Assembly: GCA_965197645.1 (NCBI GenBank) | Contig: OZ240219.1 | Span: 2,432,001 to 2,496,000 of the forward strand | Source: Dehalococcoidia bacterium | GTDB taxonomy: Bacteria; Chloroflexota; Dehalococcoidia; Plut-88900 | DNA length: 64,000 bases | Direction: 5' to 3' | In this document: positions 35,420 to 44,813 of the stretch, piece by piece | Numbering within the stretch: the stretch's first letter is position 1 | Layout of the letters: every line of letters begins with the position of its first letter | Translations under genes and position numbers: made by a program | Notes under the pieces: generated by a model | The model's database searches: none | What the model saw: only the letters and a program-made list of their open reading frames with translations | Told to the model about the DNA's origin: nothing

Positions 35420-37096
35420 ATGGCCGGTGAATTGGACCGCTCTGAATACAACGCTCTCTATGGGCCCACCACCGGAGACCGGATACGGCTGGGCGATACC
35501 GACCTGATCATGGAGGTCGAGGCCGACCACACCTCGTACGGCAACGAGGTCCTGTCCGGCTGGGGCAAGACCGCTCGTACCGGCATGATGCACGCCTATC
35601 GACGACCCAGGGACAGCGAGCTCGACGCCCTCATTGCCAACGTCATAATCATGGACCCGGTCCTGGGCATCTTCAAAGGCGATATCGGGATCAAGGACGG
35701 CCTCATCGCCGGGGTCGGCCGCGCCGGCAATCCGGACATCATGGACGGGGTGGATCTGGTCATCGGCCCCAACACGGACGTGTTTCCCGTCGGCGGCCTG
35801 ATAGCTACACCGGGCGGCGTCGACAGCCACGTCCACATCTACCACAACCCCAAGCTGATGCAGACCGCCATAAGCGCCGGGCTGACCACTTTCATCGGCG
35901 CCGGGCTGAACCACAACGACTACTTTACCATCCACAAGTACTTCGAGGCCTTCGAGGAGATTCCGATAAACCTGGGCGTCCAGGGCAGGGGCGCCGCCAG
36001 TCATCCCGCCCCCATCGAGCGAAACATCGAGGCCGGGGCCTGCGGCATGAAGATCCACGAGGACGAGGGCGCATATCCCTACGTCATCGACCTCTGCCTG
36101 CAGGTCGCCGAGCAGTACGACGTGTCCGTTGCGCTTCACACCGACGGTCTTCAGGAATCGATGCAGGTCACCGATACCATAGAAGCTGTCGGTGGCCGGG
36201 CCCTTCACGCCTACCACGTTGAGGGTGTTGGCGGCGGCCATGCGCCCGATCTGCTCAAGCTGGCCGGCGTCGAAAACATCATGACCTCCTCCACCACCCC
36301 AACCGTCCCCTACACCGCCGGCACTTACCAGGAGCACTTCCCGATGACGGCCCAGATCCACGGGCTCTCCTACGAGCTGCCGTCCGACGTGGCCGCCCTC
36401 GAGGCCCGGGTGCGCCGCGAGACCATGGCCGCCGAGGACGTGCTTCACGATATGGGCGCCGTCCCCATCATCAACTCCGACTCCCAGGGAATGGGTCGCA
36501 TAGGAGAGGTGATCACCCGGGCCTGGCAGCTTGCGCACAAGATGAAGCTGGAGCGGGGCGCTTCCAACCCGGACAACGACAACGATCGCATCCTCCAGTA
36601 TCTCGCCAAGGTAACCATCAACCCCGCTATTACCCACGGCATATCCGACTACGTTGGCTCCCTAGAGAAGGGCAAAATGGCCGACATAGTGCTCTGGCAG
36701 CCTCGCTTCTTCGGTGTGAAACCCGAAACGGTCATCAAGGGCGGGTTCACCACGTGGGGAGCAAACGGCGAGGGCAACGCCTCGATAGGCCACTCCGAGC
36801 CGGTGATCTACGGCCCATCCTTCGGCGCCATGGGACACGCCGCCGGAAAGCTGAGCGCCTTCTTTGTGTCACAAGCATCCGTGGACAAGGGATTGGAGAA
36901 GCAGCTGGGCAGCCGGCGCCAGGTCCTGCCTGTCAGGAACGTCCGGTCCGCTTCCAAGCGGAAGATGAACCGCAACAGCCTCAACCCGGACATCAACATC
37001 GATCCTCAGACCTCCCGGGTGTTGGTCAACGGACAGGAAGCCACCTCCGAGGCCGTCACCGAGGTGGCCCTAAACAGGCTCTACGTGATCACCTAG
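35420..37096 (+). CDS. ureC: urease alpha subunit, divergent
   Basis: YGPTTGDRIRLGDT, DSHVH, KIHED, HTD, HVEGVGGGHAPD, SDSQGMGR and TINPAITHG. Confidence 0.9.
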   Translation: MAGELDRSEYNALYGPTTGDRIRLGDTDLIMEVEADHTSYGNEVLSGWGKTARTGMMHAYRRPRDSELDALIANVIIMDPVLGIFKGDIGIKDGLIAGVGRAGNPDIMDGVDLVIGPNTDVFPVGGLIATPGGVDSHVHIYHNPKLMQTAISAGLTTFIGAGLNHNDYFTIHKYFEAFEEIPINLGVQGRGAASHPAPIERNIEAGACGMKIHEDEGAYPYVIDLCLQVAEQYDVSVALHTDGLQESMQVTDTIEAVGGRALHAYHVEGVGGGHAPDLLKLAGVENIMTSSTTPTVPYTAGTYQEHFPMTAQIHGLSYELPSDVAALEARVRRETMAAEDVLHDMGAVPIINSDSQGMGRIGEVITRAWQLAHKMKLERGASNPDNDNDRILQYLAKVTINPAITHGISDYVGSLEKGKMADIVLWQPRFFGVKPETVIKGGFTTWGANGEGNASIGHSEPVIYGPSFGAMGHAAGKLSAFFVSQASVDKGLEKQLGSRRQVLPVRNVRSASKRKMNRNSLNPDINIDPQTSRVLVNGQEATSEAVTEVALNRLYVIT

Positions 37097-37166
37097 CATC
37101 CTGGGCCAGGGATTAGCCGCCTTGTTTGGGAGACCCCCCGATAGGCTCAGTGTGAAGGGGTCTCGC

Positions 37167-37580
37167 CTAGTCGTCGAGCCCGAGCTCACGAAGCAGTTCG
37201 ACGGTCTCCTCGTACTCTTCAGGCTTTGGAAGATCATCGAACTTTTTGAACTGTCCCGAGGCGGCTCTTAAGGCCGTCTGCAGACGCCCCTCCAGCTCGG
37301 CGCCGCGGGAGACCAGTGTAGGTATGATCTCCCTCCGTCCGTACATGATGGCGTAGTCAAGGGGCGTCGCGTTACGGTCCTGATCTTGAAGCTCGAGACT
37401 GGCTCCGCGATCAAGAAGAAGCTCGATCATTTGCAGGCGGTCTTGGAAAATCGCCCAATGGATGGGAGGGGGCGTCTCCTCCACCGAATCGACGAGTTCA
37501 GGTTGAGCTGCAAGCAAGGACTTCGCCTGGCTCAAGTCGTCCGCGTCGATTGCGTCATACAACTGGTCCAGGCTGCCCAT
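37167..37580 (-). CDS. ankyrin repeat protein
   Basis: PPIHWAI...IELLLDRGA and TPLDYAI...LVSRGA. Confidence 0.8.
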   Translation of the reverse strand: MGSLDQLYDAIDADDLSQAKSLLAAQPELVDSVEETPPPIHWAIFQDRLQMIELLLDRGASLELQDQDRNATPLDYAIMYGRREIIPTLVSRGAELEGRLQTALRAASGQFKKFDDLPKPEEYEETVELLRELGLDD

Positions 37581-37594
37581 GGCCTACGCCCTTT

Positions 37595-38398
37595 TTACCT
37601 TCTCCTCGCCCTTCCTCTCAGAGCCAACAATGCCAGCGAGAGGCTGACCATCCCTACAACTGTAATCGCCCCCAACCCACGAGCGAGGTCACCTACGTTC
37701 CAACCTTCTGTAATCAGCGAGCGCAGCGCTTCCAGCAGGTAGGTCACCGGGTTGAACTGGACTATCGTGCCCAACCAGCCCGTCATCACCTCCCGAGGCA
37801 CGAATACGGTGGTCAGAAACACGAAGGGCATGAACAGGATAAAGCTGGTGTTCACCGCCGCTGGGTTGCCAGTCTTGAGGGCTATGGCGTAGGGAAAACC
37901 GGTGAACACCAGCGACCACGCCGACGCCATGAAGACGAACACCAACACCCCAATGGGCCCCGTTTCGAACCGAACGCCCCATATGAACCCGATGGTCAAT
38001 ATTGGCACCGTCAACAGTATCACCAGTGCTACATCGGCCACCATCAGCCCCAGCAGCAGCGCCAGCCGGCGCACCGGCGTGATCACCAACCTATCGAAGT
38101 AGCCGCTCTGGATATCCGTAACCAGCGTGATAGCCCGTGAGATGCCGGTCACGGTAAAGAGTATCGCCACCGGAAGTTGGAATGCCTTGTAGTCGATGCC
38201 CGGAATCGTCTCGGCGAAGTCCTGCAGCGCTCCGATGTTAATCGTATAGAAAAATGCGCCCATCACGATCACCGGCACCACCGCTTCAGGGTCCCGGCGT
38301 GTCAGCCTGAGGGCCCTGCTCGCCACAGATATCAGGTCCTTGACGAACCCTGCTCGCCGCGCCCTGATCTCCGTTCCCGTCTGTGTGAGAGTAGTCAT
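37595..38398 (-). CDS. ABC-2 type exporter permease
   Basis: 6 hydrophobic segments, GYFDRLVITP and NPVTYLLEALR. Confidence 0.88.
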   Translation of the reverse strand: MTTLTQTGTEIRARRAGFVKDLISVASRALRLTRRDPEAVVPVIVMGAFFYTINIGALQDFAETIPGIDYKAFQLPVAILFTVTGISRAITLVTDIQSGYFDRLVITPVRRLALLLGLMVADVALVILLTVPILTIGFIWGVRFETGPIGVLVFVFMASAWSLVFTGFPYAIALKTGNPAAVNTSFILFMPFVFLTTVFVPREVMTGWLGTIVQFNPVTYLLEALRSLITEGWNVGDLARGLGAITVVGMVSLSLALLALRGRARRR

Positions 38399-39369
38399 GA
38401 CCTCGTCTCCTGCGGACCCGCATCATTCAGTAAGCGGCCGCCGGTGAAGTGCAGGAACACGTCGTCCAGCGTCGGTGTCCTGAGAGTAAGCTCCTGAACC
38501 TCGATCTTGGCCTCGTTCATAGCTACGGCTATACTGCCGATGAGGGCAGTGCCCGAATCCACTCTGATAGTCAACGTCTCTCCATGCACCCCGATGGCTT
38601 CGACACCAGGTATCTTCTCCACCACCTCAGAAGCCGTTGCTGCGTCTGCGTCTCCGGGCAACCTAGCAATAACGACGTCCGAGCCAATGGAGTGCTTCAA
38701 CTCCATTGGCGTCCCTTCAGCGGCCAGCTTTCCGTTGCTGATTATTCCTACCCGGTCGGCCAGGGCGTCGGCTTCGTCCAGGTAGTGAGTTGTGAGGAAA
38801 ATGGTCATACCAAGCTGCTGGTTGATGAGCTTCACCTCTTCCCAGACCCGAACCCGGCTTATCGGGTCCAGGCCGGTAGTCGGCTCGTCCAGAAACAGCA
38901 CCTGTGGGTTGTGTATCAGGGAGGCCGCCACGTCTAGCCGGCGTTTCATGCCTCCGGAATAGGTCCCTATCCGCCGATCGATAGCGCCGCCTATGTCCAC
39001 CATGGACATCAACTCATCGGTGCGACGAACTGCTTCCCGGCCCGTCAGCCCGTACAGCCTACCCTGGAGGTGCAGCAGCTCCCGGCCCGTCTGTTTATCG
39101 TCCAGGGCAGCTTCTTGCATCGCCGCTCCGATAGCCAATCTGACCGCTCCGGGATCGGCGACTACGTCGTGGCCTGCTATCACGGCCCTGCCTTTCGTAG
39201 GCAGTAGAAGAGTGATCAGGATGCGTACCAGCGTGGTCTTGCCCGCGCCATTGGGGCCAAGGAATCCGTACACTTCTCCCGGGGATACGGCCAGGTCCAC
39301 CCCATCGACCGCCCTCACGTCGCCGAACGTACGCACCAGTCCCTCTGTGTAGATCGCGAAGTCGTTCAT
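38395..39369 (-). CDS. ABC transporter ATP-binding protein (DrrA-like)
   Basis: GPNGAGKTT, YSGGMKRR, LFLDEPT and PTLDDVF. Confidence 0.92.
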   Translation of the reverse strand: MNDFAIYTEGLVRTFGDVRAVDGVDLAVSPGEVYGFLGPNGAGKTTLVRILITLLLPTKGRAVIAGHDVVADPGAVRLAIGAAMQEAALDDKQTGRELLHLQGRLYGLTGREAVRRTDELMSMVDIGGAIDRRIGTYSGGMKRRLDVAASLIHNPQVLFLDEPTTGLDPISRVRVWEEVKLINQQLGMTIFLTTHYLDEADALADRVGIISNGKLAAEGTPMELKHSIGSDVVIARLPGDADAATASEVVEKIPGVEAIGVHGETLTIRVDSGTALIGSIAVAMNEAKIEVQELTLRTPTLDDVFLHFTGGRLLNDAGPQETRS

Positions 39370-39379
39370 AGATTACGAA

Positions 39380-39409
39380 AGGCGGTTCCCGGAATACCGG
39401 GAACCGCCT
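39380..39409 (-). terminator. perfect 13-bp hairpin (terminator/attenuator-like)
   Basis: AGGCGGTTCCCGG-AATA-CCGGGAACCGCCT; only a short U run on the minus strand. Confidence 0.55.
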
Positions 39410-39479
39410 CCTAACGTTGTCTCCCTTTTTTTGATCCGAGGGGAGCCCTCAGCGGTCAGGATGCCTTTCGGGACCTATG

Positions 39480-40625
39480 CTAGTCGGCCCCCAGCACGAT
39501 GGTGCCGCACGAAGAAAGCGTACCGCCCGTGCCGTTCACCAGGGATAGCTTGCAGTCAGGCACCTGCCGGTCTCCACACTCACCCCTGAGCTGTCGAGCA
39601 GCCTCCAGCAGCAGGAACATTCCGTACATGCCGGTGTGGCAATAGGACAGTCCGCCGCCGTTAGTGTTCATGGGAAACTCACCGCCGGGGGCCGTCCGCT
39701 GGTTGGCCACCAGATCGGCGCCTTCGCCCGGCTTGCAGAATCCCAGGCTCTCCAAAGTTATCAGCACCGTGTAGGTGAACGAGTCGTAGATCATGGCCAG
39801 ATCGATGTCATCGTGGGTGACGCCCGCCATCTCCAGCGCTCGAGGCCCGGTCTCCCGGGCAATGGTGGAGGTGACGTCGGGCATCTGTCCCAGCCCGCCG
39901 CCGTGGTCGTGTCCTTCGGCGGTGCCCAGGACCCAGACTGGGCTCTTCTTGCAGTTTCGCGCCACGTCGGCCGACGTAATGACAACCGCGCCACCGCCAT
40001 CGGTGACCAGGCAGCAATCGAACAGATGGAAGGGCCAGGAAATCCACCTGGAATCGTGATAGTCCTGGACGCTCATATCGTCATGCATCAACGCCTTGGG
40101 ATTGAGCTGGGCCCATTTGCGGGTGGCCACGGCAATCTCCGCCATGGCGTTGCGGGCCTTCTCCTCTCCGTACCGGTGCATGTACTGGGAACAGGCCATG
40201 GCGTAAGAGTGGGGAGCAATCACAAACCCGTAAGGGTCTTCGTACTGGGCGGAAGGTATGTTGGGATTTCCGCCGCCGTAAGCCCGGCTGCTGCGCCCCG
40301 CCTCGCCATGGATGATTACGGCCGTTTCTATCAGGCCTGCACTGATGGCCGCCAGAGCGTGCTGCACGTAGATGACGAACGAGGAGCCGCCCACCTGGGT
40401 GCAGTCCGTATACTTGGGGACCATCCCCAGGTATTCCGCCATATCGTAGGTGCTGGGGCCGGCCATGAATATGGCATCCATGTCTTTCAGGGTCAGCCCT
40501 GCGTCGTCGAGAGCGTTGAACGTAGCTTCGGCGCCCAGTTGCATCATAGACTTGCCGGGAACGACTCCTATCTCATCAGATTCATCGACGCCTACTATGG
40601 CGGCTTTACGGGACAGTTCACCCAT
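39480..40625 (-). CDS. thiolase-like protein (SCP-x/Ltp2 type)
   Basis: AAIVGV, DCCLVTDGGGA, YDSFT and NTNGGGLS; lacks the classical thiolase CxSG/CxGGG catalytic motifs. Confidence 0.85.
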   Translation of the reverse strand: MGELSRKAAIVGVDESDEIGVVPGKSMMQLGAEATFNALDDAGLTLKDMDAIFMAGPSTYDMAEYLGMVPKYTDCTQVGGSSFVIYVQHALAAISAGLIETAVIIHGEAGRSSRAYGGGNPNIPSAQYEDPYGFVIAPHSYAMACSQYMHRYGEEKARNAMAEIAVATRKWAQLNPKALMHDDMSVQDYHDSRWISWPFHLFDCCLVTDGGGAVVITSADVARNCKKSPVWVLGTAEGHDHGGGLGQMPDVTSTIARETGPRALEMAGVTHDDIDLAMIYDSFTYTVLITLESLGFCKPGEGADLVANQRTAPGGEFPMNTNGGGLSYCHTGMYGMFLLLEAARQLRGECGDRQVPDCKLSLVNGTGGTLSSCGTIVLGAD

Positions 40626-40827
40626 GATCTACCTCCTAATCGAACTGGAGAATGCAGGTACGGGAATGATATTGGCTCAGACGGTCACGGTCAAGACGTA
40701 GTGGAAGATGCCCGACTCGTGGTCTTGGACCTCATCGAGCGCCTCCGCCTCTCCTACGATTGAATTTGGATATACTACAGTGCAATCGACAGTGCCCGAG
40801 ACCGTTGAAAGAGAGAGGAGCAGGTAA

Positions 40828-41772
40828 ATGACCTTTGGATGCATCCTTCCCAACAGGGGCGAGCTGGCGACGAACGATAACCTGCGGATGCTGACCGTAC
40901 TGGCCGAAAGTCTCGGCTTCGACTCGGTGTGGGTAAGCGATCACCTCCTGGTCCCGGTGGACTATGACTCCAAGTATCCGTACACCGACGACGGGGTAGC
41001 CCCCTTCTCCGGCGATCTTCCCTACTGCGAGCCCCTTACCACCCTCTCCTACCTGGCCGGAGCCACCCAGCGGATCAAGCTGGGCACCCACGTCCTGGTG
41101 CTTCCCTATCGCAACCCGGTCCACACAGCTAAGATCGTGTCCACTCTGGACTACCTCTCCAACGGTCGAGTGATACTGGGCGTTGGGGTGGGGTGGTTGG
41201 AGGAGGAGTTCCGGGCCCTCGGCGAGACCAGGTTCGCCGAACGAGGCCCTCTATCCGACGAGTACATCCGGCTCTTCCGGGAGCTCTGGACCAAGGAAGA
41301 CCCCGTCTTCGAGGGGCGTTACTATCAGATATCCGGCATGAAGTTCCAGCCCAAGCCGGTCCAGAAACCTCATGTGCCCATCTGGGTAGGGGGCCAGGTC
41401 AACGGGGCGATACGCCGCGCCGCCCGGCTCGGAGACGCATGGCTTCCCATCGGCCTGCGAGGGCCAACAGGTCTCGAACCCGATGAACTGAGAAGAAAGA
41501 TAGATTTGCTGAACAGGACCGCCGAGGACTCGGGCCGCGACCCAGGGTCGGTAGGCGTGTCCTTCAGCACCAACCTGGATTTCGAAGACGGTGGCGGGAC
41601 TCGTAAGCTGTTCACCGGCTCCCCGGACCAGATAGCCGGCGACATACGAGCCTATCAGCAGGTGGGAGTGAGCTACTTCCTGTTCGGCTTCAGAAGCGGC
41701 AGCCTTGGCGAGAACATGGAAGCGATGGAGCGGTTCGCCAGGGAGGTCATGCCCCAAGCCTCTGAATCTTAG
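40828..41772 (+). CDS. LLM-class, probably F420-dependent oxidoreductase
   Basis: GFDSVWVSDH, IKLGTHVLVLPYRNP, LGVGVGWLEEEF and PKPVQKPHVPIWVGG. Confidence 0.9.
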   Translation: MTFGCILPNRGELATNDNLRMLTVLAESLGFDSVWVSDHLLVPVDYDSKYPYTDDGVAPFSGDLPYCEPLTTLSYLAGATQRIKLGTHVLVLPYRNPVHTAKIVSTLDYLSNGRVILGVGVGWLEEEFRALGETRFAERGPLSDEYIRLFRELWTKEDPVFEGRYYQISGMKFQPKPVQKPHVPIWVGGQVNGAIRRAARLGDAWLPIGLRGPTGLEPDELRRKIDLLNRTAEDSGRDPGSVGVSFSTNLDFEDGGGTRKLFTGSPDQIAGDIRAYQQVGVSYFLFGFRSGSLGENMEAMERFAREVMPQASES

Positions 41773-41801
41773 GCTCCGGACGCTTTCAGGTTGAGAAAAC
41801 G

Positions 41802-41836
41802 AAAGGGCCCCGCCGCTGTAGCGGCGGGGCCCTTTT
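41802..41836. terminator. bidirectional rho-independent terminator
   Basis: AAAGGGCCCCGCCGC-TGTA-GCGGCGGGGCCCTTTT between the convergent LLM and dnaK genes. Confidence 0.85.
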
Positions 41837-41860
41837 CTACTTGCTGACTGTATGCCGGGG

Positions 41861-43795
41861 TCAGTTTACCTCCCGGAACTCGCCCTCCACCGTGTCCTCA
41901 TCCTTGCGTTTCGGCTGATCGGGTCCGCCTTCATCCGAAGCATCGGGGCCTTCGCCATCGGCCGGGCCTTCGGCGCCGGGAGGCGGGGCGGCCTGCTGAT
42001 AGACGGCGGCGCCGATCTTCTGTACCGTCTCCTGAAGGTCATCCGTAGCGGAGCGGATCTGGGCCACTTCGGTCCCCTGAAGGGCAGTACGTACGGCAGC
42101 CACCTTGGTAGCAACCTCGGATTTCAGCTCCTCGGATATCTTGTCGCCGTGCTCCCTCACCGTCTTCTCCGCGTTATAGGCCAGGGCCTCGGCGTTGTTC
42201 CTTACCTCGATCTCGTCCTTCTTCTGCTTATCTTCCTCGGCATGAAGCTCGGCGTCCCTCACCATGTTCTCGACTTCATCGTTGGACAGACCAGAGCTGG
42301 CCGTAATGGTGATTTTCTGTTCCTTGCCCGTACCCTGGTCCTTGGCGGACACGTTCAGGATCCCGTTGGCATCGATGTCGAACGTAACTTCTATCTGGGG
42401 CATTCCTCTGGGAGCGGGCAGTATCCCGTCCAGTAGGAACCGGCCGATGGTCTTGTTCTCGGGGGCCATCGCCCGCTCTCCTTGCAGTACGTGTACGTCG
42501 ACGCTGGGCTGATTATCCGATGCCGTCGAGAATACCTGGGACTTGGACGTGGGTATGGTGGTGTTCCGGGTGATGAGAGCCGTTGCCACACCCCCCAGCG
42601 TCTCGATGCCCAGGGTCAGCGGGGTCACGTCCAGCAGCAGTACGTCGTGCACCTCGCCCGTCAGGACTCCCGCCTGAATTGCCGCACCGACTGCAACCAC
42701 CTCGTCCGGGTTCACCCCCTTGTGAGGCTCTCTACCGAAGATCTGCTGCACCTTCTCGATCACCGCCGGCATACGGGTCTGGCCGCCGACCAGCACCACC
42801 TCATCAATCTCCGAAGCGGATAGCTCCGCGTCCTTTATCGCTTGAAGGCACGGCTGCTCGGTCTTCTCGACCAGGTCGCCCACCAGCTGCTCCAGCTTGG
42901 ACCGGCTGAGGCTGATGTTCAGGTGCTTGGGACCGCTGGCATCGGCGGTAATGAAGGGGAGGTTGATCTCCGACTGCCCGACGGTAGAAAGCTCTATCTT
43001 GGCCTTCTCTGCTCCCTCTTTGAGACGTTGCAGGGCCATGCGGTCCTGCTTCAGATCGATCCCCTGATCCTTCTTGAACTCAGCCACCAGCCAATCGATG
43101 ATCCTCTGATCGAAGTCGTCGCCGCCCAGGTGAGTGTCCCCGTTGGTGGACTTCACCTCGTAGACGCCCTCGCCGATCTGAAGGACGGAGACGTCAAAGG
43201 TCCCACCGCCCAGATCGTAGACCGCTATGGTCTGGTCACCCTGTTTCTCCAGCCCGTAAGCCAGAGAAGCGGCGGTGGGTTCGTTGATGATGCGGAGGAC
43301 GTTCAACCCCGCTATCTTGCCGGCGTCCTTTGTTGCCTGGCGCTGGCTGTCGTTGAAATAGGCGGGAGTGGTGATGACCGCCTCGGTGATGCTCTCTCCC
43401 AGCTTGGTCTCGGCGTCCTCCTTCAGCTTGCGGAGGATCATCGCCGATATCTCAGGCGGGGCGTGGGCCTTGCCGGCGACCTCCACGTGGGCATCATCGT
43501 TGGACGCCTTGACGATCTTGTAGGGCAACAGCTTGACGTCCTTTTGGACCTCGGGGTCGCCGAACTTCCGACCCATCAGCCGCTTGATGGAGTACACCGT
43601 ATTGTCCGGGTTGGTAACGGCCTGCCGCTTGGCGGTGGTGCCCGTGTACCTCTCGCTGGACTTGGGATTGATCGCCATCATGGAAGGCGTAGTTCGCCCA
43701 CCCTCTGCATTTTCGACGACCGTGGGCTCGGTGGCCTCCATGACCGCCATGCAGGAGTTCGTCGTACCCAGGTCTATTCCCAACACCTTTGCCAT
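41861..43795 (-). CDS. dnaK: molecular chaperone DnaK
   Basis: [36 protein letters not shown] and the VEGEFREV tail. Confidence 0.99.
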   Translation of the reverse strand: MAKVLGIDLGTTNSCMAVMEATEPTVVENAEGGRTTPSMMAINPKSSERYTGTTAKRQAVTNPDNTVYSIKRLMGRKFGDPEVQKDVKLLPYKIVKASNDDAHVEVAGKAHAPPEISAMILRKLKEDAETKLGESITEAVITTPAYFNDSQRQATKDAGKIAGLNVLRIINEPTAASLAYGLEKQGDQTIAVYDLGGGTFDVSVLQIGEGVYEVKSTNGDTHLGGDDFDQRIIDWLVAEFKKDQGIDLKQDRMALQRLKEGAEKAKIELSTVGQSEINLPFITADASGPKHLNISLSRSKLEQLVGDLVEKTEQPCLQAIKDAELSASEIDEVVLVGGQTRMPAVIEKVQQIFGREPHKGVNPDEVVAVGAAIQAGVLTGEVHDVLLLDVTPLTLGIETLGGVATALITRNTTIPTSKSQVFSTASDNQPSVDVHVLQGERAMAPENKTIGRFLLDGILPAPRGMPQIEVTFDIDANGILNVSAKDQGTGKEQKITITASSGLSNDEVENMVRDAELHAEEDKQKKDEIEVRNNAEALAYNAEKTVREHGDKISEELKSEVATKVAAVRTALQGTEVAQIRSATDDLQETVQKIGAAVYQQAAPPPGAEGPADGEGPDASDEGGPDQPKRKDEDTVEGEFREVN

Positions 43796-43888
43796 TGCTT
43801 GTTACCTCCCTAGATCGCCCAACCCGCGTCCCTCGAAATCGTGGTCGCAGTTGTCGTGTTTGTCTGGTCTGTACTTAACGTTTACCGT

Positions 43889-44356
43889 CTACTTGGCTAC
43901 CGATACCTGCGCCGGCCGAAGGAGCTTACCGTTGAATCGATACCCAGCCTGGTGCACCGTCAGGACTCTGCCCTGTGAGACGCCTTCCACTTCTTCCACT
44001 GCTATGGCCTCGTGTTCCAGCGGATCGAACTGCATGTCCTCGGCCGGCACGCGGCTGAGCCCCTCTTTTCCCAGGGTGGAGATCAGCTTGTCCTGGAGCA
44101 GCGCCATTCCCTTCACCCACTCCGAGCCGGACAGCTTCTCGGGCACCACTTCCAGGGCTCTTCCCAGGTCGTCTATTATAGGGAGCAGCTTCACCACCAG
44201 CGTCGATCCGGCCAACCGGGCCTGCTCCTGGCGTTCCGATTCGATGCGGCGTTTGTAGTTCGCGAAATCCGCCTGGACTCTCTGGAGGAGCACCCTGTAG
44301 TCCTGGGGATCCTCCTCAGGGTTCTGTTCCGACTCTCGAGGTGCATCGTCGTTCAT
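43889..44356 (-). CDS. grpE: nucleotide exchange factor GrpE
   Basis: QADFANYKRR, FDPLEHEA and GY...LLRPAQVSV. Confidence 0.95.
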   Translation of the reverse strand: MNDDAPRESEQNPEEDPQDYRVLLQRVQADFANYKRRIESERQEQARLAGSTLVVKLLPIIDDLGRALEVVPEKLSGSEWVKGMALLQDKLISTLGKEGLSRVPAEDMQFDPLEHEAIAVEEVEGVSQGRVLTVHQAGYRFNGKLLRPAQVSVAK

Positions 44357-44713
44357 TTACGGCTCCAACATCTCCCGCATCTCGGATATAGCGCTGCCCA
44401 GCCTCTGCTTGGAGGCGCTTTCGGAAGGCAACTCGGCCAGATCCTGCTCCATCTTCATCAGCTTCGAACGAATGTTGAGAGCCACCTCCACTCCCGCCAG
44501 ATTGAGTCCCACCTCGTCAACCAGATACTTTATCATCTTTAGTAGGGATATGTCTTCGTCGGAATACATCCGTAGCATGCGGCTGCGGGCAGGAGTAACC
44601 AGACCAACCCTTTCGTACTTGCGCAAGGTCTGGGGATGCATGCCCGATAGCATCGCCGCTACGCGAATCACGTACACTCCTTCACGTCGCATGTTTGCCG
44701 GACCCTTCTCCAC
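44357..44713 (-). CDS. hspR: MerR-family heat-shock repressor HspR (alternative start ATG 44692)
   Basis: YVIRVAAMLSGMHPQTLRKYERVGL, GLNLAGV; first gene of the grpE-dnaK operon. Confidence 0.85.
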   Translation of the reverse strand: MEKGPANMRREGVYVIRVAAMLSGMHPQTLRKYERVGLVTPARSRMLRMYSDEDISLLKMIKYLVDEVGLNLAGVEVALNIRSKLMKMEQDLAELPSESASKQRLGSAISEMREMLEP

Positions 44714-44739
44714 TTCCTTTGTAGGGTGTTGCGGAGCAT

Positions 44740-44769
44740 ATTATGTCACTTGATGCGCAGTGTGTCAAG
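44740..44769 (-). promoter_or_regulatory. sigma70 promoter overlapped by a HAIR-like operator
   Basis: TTGACA(44768-44763)-N17-CATAAT(44745-44740); CTTGA-N11-TCAAG at 44749-44769 has the 21-bp geometry of HAIR (CTTGAGT-N7-ACTCAAG). Confidence 0.75.
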
Positions 44770-44813
44770 ACTATTGAGACGCTGTTAACCATCTCAACTG
44801 ATCGGAGCCTATA

